Shown: piece after piece, positions 37,120 to 45,657 of the stretch
How positions within the stretch are numbered: position 1 is the stretch's first letter
How the letters are laid out: every line of letters starts with the position of its first letter
Sequence record: NC_031127.1
Length of the DNA stretch: 64,000 bases
Reading direction: 5' to 3' (one strand)
Program-made: the position numbers and the translations under genes
The notes under the pieces: model-generated
The model's database searches: none
Seen by the model: the letters and a program-made list of their open reading frames with translations, nothing else
What the model was told of the DNA's origin: nothing

Positions 37120-37881
37120 ATGAGAGAGATAACGAAAGAGGTGCTAGATGGTACGTATGACCAACCGCTCGGGCGTGGTGTATTAGACTGGCGTATCTTA
37201 GATCTGGCCCCCATGGAAACAAAACACATTGTTGAAGTGGGGCGTTGGCGTGTGTACCTAAAACGTCATCGTATCGAGGAAACAGCGCTACTGATTTCCG
37301 TTGACCGTTTTGGGGATGTGGAAGAACCACTGAATCTGCTCCCTGATGTGCTGGACGTCAAGGCAGTCTTTGCTTACTCGACGACGACTGCGGATGAAGC
37401 CCTTAAACGAATAGGGTTTGATCTGCATGCAGTGAAATATATCATTCCACCGCGCGAGGGTATCAGACCACCGCCGAAGATGATTGAAAACTGCCTGTTG
37501 ACGGACCAAGAAGCGGCGTCTTTTAAACTGGCCGCCATCGAAGAAGAAAGCATCCGTAAAGCGGCGGAAGCGTACGGTATGGGCACAGCTGCGTTTCACC
37601 GTGTCGACTTTGGGCACGGACGTACGGCAGTTGCGCTTATCAATATCGTCGATGAACATGCCACACTGCTGACGCACTGGGCAAGTGACTTCCAATCGCA
37701 AATGACGGTTGCTGACATCTTTAACTACATTGCCTCCTGTCAGAAGAACGGCGGGGAGTACGTGGTTAACCGTCAAACGTTCGATGACCCAACCCCTCTG
37801 GTGGAAACGCTGGAAACCCTCCACACCACGACACGCGGTGTTTATATTATCACAAAAGGAGTATCTACCCATGCAAACTAG
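37120..37881 (+). CDS. Degenerate tandem GNAT-like protein
   Basis: DEALKRIGFDL and GHGRTAVALINIVDEHATLL patterns; SD GGAGG; ATG 37120. Confidence 0.45.
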   Translation: MREITKEVLDGTYDQPLGRGVLDWRILDLAPMETKHIVEVGRWRVYLKRHRIEETALLISVDRFGDVEEPLNLLPDVLDVKAVFAYSTTTADEALKRIGFDLHAVKYIIPPREGIRPPPKMIENCLLTDQEAASFKLAAIEEESIRKAAEAYGMGTAAFHRVDFGHGRTAVALINIVDEHATLLTHWASDFQSQMTVADIFNYIASCQKNGGEYVVNRQTFDDPTPLVETLETLHTTTRGVYIITKGVSTHAN

Positions 37882-38167
37882 CATCAATCGTTCTGTCGCG
37901 CGTTCTAAAGAAGTGGTTTACGATGTGGTCTCTGGTGAAAAGACCCTGTTCCGTGCGGTGATTGTCGAGAACAACGAACTGCTCGTGGTCTATCCGGGTG
38001 GCGAGTTCTCTAAAGCGGAAAAGGTGGCACTGGATAAACTCATCACCAAAGCGAAACACCGCGACGGGATTTCTATCCACCGTGTGGTTAATGGTCGTGA
38101 GTTAGTGGAGAATGGCAAAGACTTAGAAGTGCGTCCCGTGAGCACGCAAGTCAACGCCTTTGTATGA
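37871..38167 (+). CDS. Hypothetical protein
   Basis: MQTSINRS..., 98 aa, SD AAGGAG, within track ORF 37709..38167. Confidence 0.75.
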   Translation: MQTSINRSVARSKEVVYDVVSGEKTLFRAVIVENNELLVVYPGGEFSKAEKVALDKLITKAKHRDGISIHRVVNGRELVENGKDLEVRPVSTQVNAFV

Positions 38168-38194
38168 CACCACTAACGTTATAGAGGAATCGCA

Positions 38195-38695
38195 ATGGAT
38201 GTTATCGATTTCGAACAGCTTCCACAGCACGACTTCGACCTCGGCGTCCGTGACATGGATTGCGGCTTCGAAGAAAAGGCGCGTGCGCTGTTCCAGAAAT
38301 ACGGCGAACTGATTATGGGTACCGACCATCCAGACATCACACTGGATGAGTTCGAGAAACTGATCGTTGGTCTCATCACGACCCGTGCACAGGACAGAGC
38401 GTTGCTGAACGAGTTGAACTTTACCACCGTGTCCCCCGCGGATGCTGCCGGTATCCTGTCGCAGTCCATCGTGCCGAACGATGAGATTCTCGACAAGGTT
38501 GCTGAGCTACGTGGCCCGTTCGACACAGCGGTAGAAGACTACGCGCAGCAGTTAGCGGAATCGGAATACGCGATGGTCGCCCCTGAGGGTGAGCAGCTGC
38601 CGTCTGATGAGCAAACTGAAACTGCCCGTCTGCGTCTTGCGCGATATGTCATTACCAGCGTGCTGGTTGATGACCGTGAAGATTGTCAGCTCTAA
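38195..38695 (+). CDS. Acidic hypothetical protein
   Basis: 166-aa ORF, SD GAGGA, terminator downstream. Confidence 0.75.
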   Translation: MDVIDFEQLPQHDFDLGVRDMDCGFEEKARALFQKYGELIMGTDHPDITLDEFEKLIVGLITTRAQDRALLNELNFTTVSPADAAGILSQSIVPNDEILDKVAELRGPFDTAVEDYAQQLAESEYAMVAPEGEQLPSDEQTETARLRLARYVITSVLVDDREDCQL

Positions 38696-38702
38696 TGAAA
38701 TG

Positions 38703-38735
38703 ACCTCACCTTCGGGTGGGGTTTATTTTTTTTTG
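38703..38735 (+). terminator. Intrinsic terminator (cUUCGg loop)
   Basis: acctcacc-ttcg-ggtggggt plus T tract. Confidence 0.8.
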
Positions 38736-38794
38736 CCTTTTTACAGAATAGCACCTATCTATGTCAAACCAAATAACCCTGAGGATTAAAAGCA

Positions 38795-39130
38795 ATGTGG
38801 CTTAGCGCAATTCACCGTGATTTACCAAAAATCGTTGACTTCGGTACCAGCGTGACTGGCGACCCGAATGTCGAACCGGTACAAATCGATGTGGGTCTGG
38901 CGAAGTTCGACCGCATGGAAGAAGGTCAGTTCGTGGTTCTCGATGCTGAAGAGAACGAATACATGCTGTTCCACCCGGAAGTGGATGTCGCGGGCATCGT
39001 TGACGGTGTGTGGTTAGCATCGTGGCACGATAAGTCCACGGACAAGTGGATGTGGGCGCTGGCAAAACAAGTCGGTGATAATTCATTCGTTCTGGATACC
39101 AAGCACCATGTTGAGCCCGTCCCTCATTGA
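38795..39130 (+). CDS. Hypothetical protein
   Basis: 111-aa ORF, SD GAGGA. Confidence 0.7.
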   Translation: MWLSAIHRDLPKIVDFGTSVTGDPNVEPVQIDVGLAKFDRMEEGQFVVLDAEENEYMLFHPEVDVAGIVDGVWLASWHDKSTDKWMWALAKQVGDNSFVLDTKHHVEPVPH

Positions 39131-39434
39131 TGTCCGCGATGAGCTGTCGACGAATGATTACCTCATTCGGATGCAGTCCGCGTTTCAAAAGCCGTTAGGT
39201 GGCCCACCGGAAGCACGTCAGGTGTACGCACAGGTCATCGGGGTGGATAACAAAGAGGTTCACTTCACGAACCTTGAAACCAAACTCGACTTCACCATGC
39301 CCCTGAACGTGTTTCTGTTTGTGCCTGCTCTCGGTTTGCCAGTTGAGATTAGTCGCGTGCATCACCGCATCTTCTGTTGGCCTGATGTCCACAAAGAGAA
39401 CAGCGATCCTATCCAGCTGCAAATTCGCCTGTAA
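39108..39434 (+). CDS. Hypothetical protein
   Basis: ATG at 39108 within track ORF 39075..39434. Confidence 0.65.
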   Translation: MLSPSLIDVRDELSTNDYLIRMQSAFQKPLGGPPEARQVYAQVIGVDNKEVHFTNLETKLDFTMPLNVFLFVPALGLPVEISRVHHRIFCWPDVHKENSDPIQLQIRL

Positions 39435-39445
39435 CGTATTACTTT

Positions 39446-39470
39446 TCAGATAGATATTATCTAGGGGAGA
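39446..39470 (+). promoter_or_regulatory. Early promoter motif, copy 6
   Basis: tcagatagatattatctaggggaga. Confidence 0.75.
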
Positions 39471-39513
39471 AGATTGTTTTCTCCCTCACATTTTAATCTA
39501 TAAGGAGTATCTC

Positions 39514-40098
39514 ATGTACAATTACGTTGTGTTGGGCCGCAAAGGTAGCATCGTCAGATTCGTCTTTAAATCTGACCCACCTGCCAAGCCGCGCGCGTTG
39601 GATTTAGCGGGCTTCGATTATAAAGGCATCCGCAAAGGTGTACAGCTGGACTTCAACGGTGACGTGAAGCCGGAGAACCTTTTGTATTCTGGCGATGTGA
39701 AGCCAAGAAAGCTTGTCGCCATCGGTGGAAAGAAACCCGCGAAGGCTGCAAAAGAAAGCAAAAAGGCACCGAAGGCTGAACCGACTTTCATCGTTGTTAA
39801 ACGTGTGAAGCAGGTCATCGAATATAAGATCTGCGGGGACGAGTCTGCGGAACCGTTAAACGAGACTCTGAAGATTAGTCTCGCCGGTTACGACTACAGA
39901 AAGCTGCGTAAGGACATGACCTTCCAGTTTGAAGGCGGTAAGATTGCTGCGGAGAATATTCGCTACTGGCCGTTCCGCGGTACTTCAAATAAGCTGCCGT
40001 TGCCGAAGCTTGAAGAAGTTGCACCTAAAGCGAAATCCGCAGCGGTGTCCAAGCGCGGTGCCACACCAAACGTGTCTATCCTGCGTAAGCACTTCTAA
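39514..40098 (+). CDS. Lys-rich early protein with an internally duplicated domain
   Basis: LAGFDYKGIRKG..ENLLY and LAGYDYRKLRKD..ENIRY; SD TAAGGAG. Confidence 0.8.
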   Translation: MYNYVVLGRKGSIVRFVFKSDPPAKPRALDLAGFDYKGIRKGVQLDFNGDVKPENLLYSGDVKPRKLVAIGGKKPAKAAKESKKAPKAEPTFIVVKRVKQVIEYKICGDESAEPLNETLKISLAGYDYRKLRKDMTFQFEGGKIAAENIRYWPFRGTSNKLPLPKLEEVAPKAKSAAVSKRGATPNVSILRKHF

Positions 40099-40105
40099 TC
40101 AGTAC

Positions 40106-40142
40106 GTCCTACTCCTTCGGGAGTAGGACTGTTTTATTTTTT
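40106..40142 (+). terminator. Intrinsic terminator (cUUCGg loop)
   Basis: gtcctactcc-ttcg-ggagtaggac plus T tract. Confidence 0.85.
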
Positions 40143-40153
40143 AAGGACTGTCG

Positions 40154-40681
40154 ATGACTACTTTTATTGCGGGCAAGAACTACCTCGCCGCAGACCGTGC
40201 GGTAATGAAAAACCGAATGGTATTTGAAGATGCGAAGATTCGCACTATCAAAGGACGCATCGCGTACTTCTTTGGTTCAGAGCATCCCACACCAGACGAA
40301 CGCAAGTTGCTGGAAAAGAACATCTACGATTACATCTTCGGTAAGCAGAAAGCCCACGAGGCAGCAGAGTTGTGGTTGCTGCACTTCATGGAAAGCAATA
40401 CGCTGGTTGTGATGACCCGCAAGAAGACGCTGACCTTCAGTGCTATCTCACGGCTTGCTGCGTGGTCGCCGGAGCTGGGTGCCCCAACACGCCACACAGG
40501 ACTTACCGTAACCGAAGACCTGCTTGAAACACCCGTCGTTTATGGCTCGGGTGCAGAGTTGGCACGGGCAGGATGGGCATGCGGATTACAGCCTGAGAAC
40601 ATCATTCTCATGGTACAGAAAATAGACCCGATGTCAGGGCATGGCTGCGATGTGGTTTACAGAGAGGGCTTGCGAAAATGA
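40154..40681 (+). CDS. Ntn-hydrolase, HslV/proteasome-beta-like peptidase
   Basis: M-TTFIAG (N-terminal Thr), LAAD, KIR, VYGSGAELA, KIDPMSGHG. Confidence 0.7.
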   Translation: MTTFIAGKNYLAADRAVMKNRMVFEDAKIRTIKGRIAYFFGSEHPTPDERKLLEKNIYDYIFGKQKAHEAAELWLLHFMESNTLVVMTRKKTLTFSAISRLAAWSPELGAPTRHTGLTVTEDLLETPVVYGSGAELARAGWACGLQPENIILMVQKIDPMSGHGCDVVYREGLRK

Positions 40682-41226
40682 GTACCGTTTCTATTGCTGG
40701 TTTCGTTGTGAATGGTGTGGTCTACGTCAACACCGCTGTTCAATCCATGCACCTGATGGCACCGTACAACCCTGAGGCGGGTTTCGATAAACTCGGATGG
40801 TGGTTCCCGAACGATGGGCAGGATAAAATTAGTGACATCTTGGTTAATGGGGATGACTGCGAACGCCATGAGGACATTACCTACTCCGGTAGTGTGCTGC
40901 GTCACGATGGGCGATTCTACGACGTTAAATTAGCTGGGCCAAACTACCGATTAATTTTCCTCCATCAACCGACCCCCGTGATGGTCTTTCCAGCCGACAC
41001 GGAATCATCGTTTGTGGCGACCTTTATCGAGCACTTGTCCTTGCACCCCGACTTGGACACCGAAGGGCCTGGGTGGAGCGCAGAGCGTATCATGAAGATA
41101 CTGTCGTGCTTCGCAGGCTGTCACAACTTCAAACCTTTCATGACTCTGGATGAACTCAAAGCCAAAGTCCAAGCTATGCCGGAATGTAAATTAGCGCCAT
41201 TCCCCCGCCAAAGAAAACCGGAGTAG
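40678..41226 (+). CDS. Hypothetical protein, possible degenerate Ntn-fold paralog
   Basis: 182 aa, coupled to the previous gene; similar strand/helix spacing but lacks AAD and GSG. Confidence 0.6.
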   Translation: MSTVSIAGFVVNGVVYVNTAVQSMHLMAPYNPEAGFDKLGWWFPNDGQDKISDILVNGDDCERHEDITYSGSVLRHDGRFYDVKLAGPNYRLIFLHQPTPVMVFPADTESSFVATFIEHLSLHPDLDTEGPGWSAERIMKILSCFAGCHNFKPFMTLDELKAKVQAMPECKLAPFPRQRKPE

Positions 41227-41287
41227 GAACGCGCGGATTTATAACAGCAGCATCCCTTTTAATGACAAACACAAGAGGATTATCAAC

Positions 41288-41899
41288 ATGCAATCTGTAG
41301 CCCATGCTTTATCTCCAGTCGCTTTTCCACAGTTCACCGGTCTTCAGGTTTACATGCTTCAGGCCACAGCGGGAACCCTCGCGGACGTAGCACCAGAAGG
41401 TTATCGCGACCTCGTTAGTGAGATGCTGAAAGATGGTAACATTCCTGCGGACACACAGGTCTGGCTGACGGTTGATGAATCGAACGTCAAAGCCGGTAAG
41501 AAGCAACGTCGTGGTGGTGCACACATCGATGGCAACTACGACCTCTTCGCAAGTGACTGGTGCACCGGTAGTTCTGGCTGGTTAAACGGGGTGCCGGGAC
41601 GTGAACTGACGCTTGAAGAACACCATCGTAGTTATCAGGAGTTCGGTGGTGGGATGCTGATTGCCTCCAACCATGCAGCCTGTCAGGTGTGGGAAGGGGA
41701 AGTGAACGGTATTCCGGGCCAAGGTGGCGACTGTGAGCATCTTCGTGACCAACTGGAAATGCTCCCGACCTATCTGATGGAAAGCAACCGAGCGTACCTG
41801 ACGAACTCGCAGTGTGTGCACGAGTCGTTACCATTAAAAGTTGACTTTCCACGTCAGCTTGTGCGCATCACTCTGTCCGAGCAGTACAAATTTAATTAA
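41288..41899 (+). CDS. 2OG-Fe(II) oxygenase-like protein
   Basis: RGGAHIDG (HxD), distal CVHES (H), RQLVRI (2OG-binding Arg). Confidence 0.75.
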   Translation: MQSVAHALSPVAFPQFTGLQVYMLQATAGTLADVAPEGYRDLVSEMLKDGNIPADTQVWLTVDESNVKAGKKQRRGGAHIDGNYDLFASDWCTGSSGWLNGVPGRELTLEEHHRSYQEFGGGMLIASNHAACQVWEGEVNGIPGQGGDCEHLRDQLEMLPTYLMESNRAYLTNSQCVHESLPLKVDFPRQLVRITLSEQYKFN

Positions 41900-41925
41900 T
41901 CTAAAACCACAAAGAGAATCAGAAT

Positions 41926-42588
41926 ATGGCGAAGCAAAAGAAAACCCGTAACAAAAAATATAACCCACAGCAAGCCCATGCAGAAACAGCCCGTATGGTG
42001 GTGCAAAACTCATTAGCCCGCATTTCCTTTATCGGTGCATCTAACCGCCGCATTCAACCCTACGGTGGTCGCGGCTTCCAATTCACCGTCAATCGCCCGG
42101 TACGGGTAACGGTCAGTGCAGCATTGGCTGAAACACTGTTCGAAGACCCACGGACATGGTCGGTGTGGATGGCGCATTATGCCGTTAATGCGGAAGGTGT
42201 CGTGGATGTGGAGTCTGGCGTTCTTCGCTTAGACGAATATACGTTGACTGACTTCACGGAAAATGTGGACAAGTTAGTGGAGCACATGAAACCTGAGCGC
42301 ATGATGGATAACCCGGAATACGTGGGCTACGCATTCTTTGCTTCACCAAACGAGCGTTACGATTTCACGCATGACACCACGGACGAACGTCTGATTGAAA
42401 ACTTCATGGCGTCGGGTGTGCTGGAGAAGGAGAATCATCTTTCACAACACGTTCTGAATGTTACCAAGGAAGAACTTATCATCATGCTCATGGCGGACCA
42501 TGCCAAGTTTGATACCAACATCAGTATTCACCATCGCGGCGAGGGGGATGATTACCACGTCGCAAATAAGCAAGTTATCGGAGAGTAA
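41926..42588 (+). CDS. Hypothetical protein with basic N-terminus
   Basis: MAKQKKTRNKKYNP; 220 aa. Confidence 0.75.
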   Translation: MAKQKKTRNKKYNPQQAHAETARMVVQNSLARISFIGASNRRIQPYGGRGFQFTVNRPVRVTVSAALAETLFEDPRTWSVWMAHYAVNAEGVVDVESGVLRLDEYTLTDFTENVDKLVEHMKPERMMDNPEYVGYAFFASPNERYDFTHDTTDERLIENFMASGVLEKENHLSQHVLNVTKEELIIMLMADHAKFDTNISIHHRGEGDDYHVANKQVIGE

Positions 42589-42591
42589 GAA

Positions 42592-43158
42592 ATGAAGTTC
42601 TGGGAGCGTTTTTGTCGCTTGTTTAAAGATGTCCCTGAGGCCCAGTCTGACGGTGACCGTTATACCCAAATCGTGCGTGACTACTTCAATGCAGGTAATC
42701 ACAACGTCGTGGAACTCTGTGATGCTATTGGCATGACACCACGCTCACTGTACTTTGCGGTTAACGACGACAACGTACGGGCGAACATTCTGCCCCGCCT
42801 CCCTGAAAAGATGCGGATGGAATTGCGTGATGAACTGACCGCGCGTGCGTTCAGTCGTCAGGCCGTCTCGTTAATTCGTCCGAGCACCGCGAAGTACGAT
42901 TTCGAAAACCTCAATGAGTTAATGGCACACGTACACCAGTTGTTCGAAACCTACCGCCTCGAACGTGGCGAGAAAGTGGACACCTCTATTAAGGCGTACA
43001 TCCACTCCCTTACACCACGTACCGTGCGTATCGCCTTCGTAGGCGGCGGTCACGAATTCAATGTGGGTATCATTGAAGGTATTAACGTTGTGCAGCAAAA
43101 CCTGCTTATGGTGAATTATGGAAAACTTAACGCCCGTGGAAATCGTCAATGTTTTTAA
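42592..43158 (+). CDS. Hypothetical protein with a possible HTH
   Basis: NVVELCDAIGMTPRSLYF resembles an HTH recognition pair. Confidence 0.65.
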   Translation: MKFWERFCRLFKDVPEAQSDGDRYTQIVRDYFNAGNHNVVELCDAIGMTPRSLYFAVNDDNVRANILPRLPEKMRMELRDELTARAFSRQAVSLIRPSTAKYDFENLNELMAHVHQLFETYRLERGEKVDTSIKAYIHSLTPRTVRIAFVGGGHEFNVGIIEGINVVQQNLLMVNYGKLNARGNRQCF

Positions 43159-44863
43159 CCGTTATGTCCACGGTCAAGAACTGGCAAAAAAGATGTTGGC
43201 GATTGCTCTGCGTAACCGCGTACGGGTAGCACTGCTACCCCTCGGTGAACGTGACAGTGTTCGCAAACAGAATCTGTTGTTACTGGGGCCAACTGGCTGC
43301 GGTAAAACTGCGTTGATGCGTGTATTGAAGACGCAGTTTGGTTTACCCGTGTTAGAGCTGGACATGACAGGCTTTTCTGAGACGGGCTACGTGGGGCGTA
43401 ATCTCAATACCGTGGGGACGGACTTACAAACCCTCACGCGTTCAATCGCTTTGCCGGACTGGTACGTAGAAATGCGCACCGGGATGCAGCTCGAAAAAGA
43501 CGAGCAGCGCTATACCCGTGAAGAACTCAAAGCGTTAGAAGAAAAAGAGTACGAAGTGGAAAGCGCTGCACGACAGGCGGAATGGGATGCAGGCCGTGAT
43601 GCTAAAAAGCAACACGAACAAACGCTGAAAGATTTAGGCGTGTTCCCGGACGACGATACCTACAATCATTATCGCATGGTCTATTACATGCGTGCGTTTT
43701 TAGTGGGGTATCATGCGTTAAAGAACCTGCCGTACGACGTCATTGATTTCGCGGACATTGAAATGATTCATGGGCAGAAGCTCATTGATGTCGCGAAGAC
43801 TGTGGTTGGTCTTGTCGAGAAGATGGCTGGCAGACCGATCAACAGTATCGATGATCTCAATGAAGATCTCAGCGAGCGCACCGATGAGATGATGGAGAAC
43901 AATCCTGCCTTGTTGGGTGAGTTCATGGGACTGATGGCCTACAACGAAGTGTTGGAAGCCATTATGGAACTTGGCACCGATCGCCTCAGCAGTAACCCGG
44001 CGGCGGCCTGTGTCTCCTCCAGCGATTGGTACGACGTCGCGCACTCTTTCGATGAAGCGGATGAACAGGATATCCCGCCAGGCATTGCTTGGCGTCCGAT
44101 GGACTTCACGGAGTTTGCGCTCTACATCTGTGTGATGTTGGTGCGTGACCCGGAAGGTCTGGAGGAAGTCTTCGAAGACTGTGATGACTTCACCCGCTTC
44201 GCCGACAAGAAACTTTGGAGCTACACCATCCCTAAACCGGAAGTGGTGCAGCCTAAAGGGAAGCGTAATGTGTTGTCGAAGAAAGACCTCGACAAGGTGG
44301 CGAACTGTAATGGTCGCGACTTCGTGGAGAACTTCGGGGTGGTGTTCTTAGATGAGATTGACAAACTCATTGAAACGGATACCACGGGAAGGACACACGT
44401 CTCCCGCAGCGGTGTACAGCGCAGTCTGCTCAAGATGGTAGAAGGCGGCTTGTACGCCGGGATTGACACCACGAACATTCTGTTTGTCGGTGCCGGTTCT
44501 TTCGCAGAAGCGCCTGTTACCAAACTGATGCCAGAACTGCAAGGGCGCTTTACCTTGCGTGCCGAGCTGGAACCGTTGGATAAAGAAGCACTGATTGCGA
44601 TTTGTCGAATGGATAGCAGTGAGTTCCATGCAATGGTTCGACTCTTGCGAATCGAGGGTGTGAAAGTCAACTACGACCTTGACACCTTTGAGTACATTGC
44701 AGAGAAGACCGTTGAAGCGAACTCGGTAGATAACCTCGGCGCACGGCGCTTAGCCGCGATTGTCGAAGCGTTGTTCCAAGACGCGTTGTACGAACCCAAC
44801 AAGTACACGGAAAAAGGTTACGACCTGACAGGTAAAACCCTGCGTGCTAAGGAGAAACCGTGA
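43118..44863 (+). CDS. hslU: HslU-like AAA+ unfoldase
   Basis: LTPVEIV, YVHGQELAKK, GPTGCGKT (res 57-64), ETGYVG pore loop, VFLDEIDK, GVQRSLLKMVEG, PELQGRF, NLGARRL. Confidence 0.9.
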   Translation: MENLTPVEIVNVFNRYVHGQELAKKMLAIALRNRVRVALLPLGERDSVRKQNLLLLGPTGCGKTALMRVLKTQFGLPVLELDMTGFSETGYVGRNLNTVGTDLQTLTRSIALPDWYVEMRTGMQLEKDEQRYTREELKALEEKEYEVESAARQAEWDAGRDAKKQHEQTLKDLGVFPDDDTYNHYRMVYYMRAFLVGYHALKNLPYDVIDFADIEMIHGQKLIDVAKTVVGLVEKMAGRPINSIDDLNEDLSERTDEMMENNPALLGEFMGLMAYNEVLEAIMELGTDRLSSNPAAACVSSSDWYDVAHSFDEADEQDIPPGIAWRPMDFTEFALYICVMLVRDPEGLEEVFEDCDDFTRFADKKLWSYTIPKPEVVQPKGKRNVLSKKDLDKVANCNGRDFVENFGVVFLDEIDKLIETDTTGRTHVSRSGVQRSLLKMVEGGLYAGIDTTNILFVGAGSFAEAPVTKLMPELQGRFTLRAELEPLDKEALIAICRMDSSEFHAMVRLLRIEGVKVNYDLDTFEYIAEKTVEANSVDNLGARRLAAIVEALFQDALYEPNKYTEKGYDLTGKTLRAKEKP

Positions 44864-45054
44864 CGTATTTGACGCTCGCAGTTGTTTGGTTGCTGGCTCT
44901 GGTGGGTGTAGGCCACTTAGCCAGTCAACTAACGATTAAGTTTAAGTGGGACATGGGCATCTCTGTTTTACTCGCGGCGGTAGGGGGTTGGGCTATAACC
45001 TTCCCCTATATCTACTTCGTTGTTGTACCACTTTATCAAAATATCGGAAATTGA
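44860..45054 (+). CDS. Small two-TM membrane protein
   Basis: 64 aa with two hydrophobic segments; GTGA overlap with hslU. Confidence 0.7.
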   Translation: MTYLTLAVVWLLALVGVGHLASQLTIKFKWDMGISVLLAAVGGWAITFPYIYFVVVPLYQNIGN

Positions 45055-45058
45055 GAAC

Positions 45059-45532
45059 ATGGAAAAGAAAACTGAACGTAACTTGATTGAAATCACAGGC
45101 AAGGGCGAAGACAACAACGGCAAGTTCTATTCCGTCGTGTTGTTAGACCAGTCCAAGATGAACGCTAATGGTCGTCAGTATAACGGCGATCTTGCGCATC
45201 TGGTGCGCGGTATCAAACGCATGCCGCGACTGTTCTGTGAAGTTGACCCGTATCACGATTACCGCTTCCAGTTCCCGGTAACCGATGACCGTTCTGTTTC
45301 TGGACCATGTACGGTCGACATGAAAAACGTTTGTGCATCTATCGAGAACATCCGTCACGATAAGATGAACCAGCGTGTGTCGGCTGAGCTGCGTCCGTGG
45401 GGCCCGCAGGCTTCGATGGTGCGTGATCTGTTGGACGGGGTCAACCAGAACGTGACCTTCGGGATGCGTGCGTTGGCAACCCCTGATGGCAAGATTGATA
45501 AAGTCATCACATGGGATTTGTTACCAGAATGA
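45059..45532 (+). CDS. Prohead-protease-fold protein, probably inactive
   Basis: NANGRQY, KNVCASI, LRPWGP, VTFGMRA, VITWD follow the T4 gp21/phiKZ gp175 motif order; catalytic H and S positions altered. Confidence 0.6.
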   Translation: MEKKTERNLIEITGKGEDNNGKFYSVVLLDQSKMNANGRQYNGDLAHLVRGIKRMPRLFCEVDPYHDYRFQFPVTDDRSVSGPCTVDMKNVCASIENIRHDKMNQRVSAELRPWGPQASMVRDLLDGVNQNVTFGMRALATPDGKIDKVITWDLLPE

Positions 45533-45563
45533 ATATCGCCGAACTGTTCTAATGAAAAAAAGC

Positions 45564-45587
45564 TCAGATAGATATTATCTTGATGAG
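45564..45587 (+). promoter_or_regulatory. Early promoter motif, copy 7
   Basis: tcagatagatattatcttgatgag. Confidence 0.7.
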
Positions 45588-45657
45588 CTTTCCATTATTA
45601 GTTCCAAGGAAGGTGCGTTTTACAATTACAATAAATTAAAATAATAAGGAGTCCGTC

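Noticed and set aside
43445-44315. Intein or homing endonuclease as the cause of the HslU insertion
   Set aside because: No C/S start, no HN-C/S/T end and no LAGLIDADG or HNH motif; the insert lies where the I-domain normally sits
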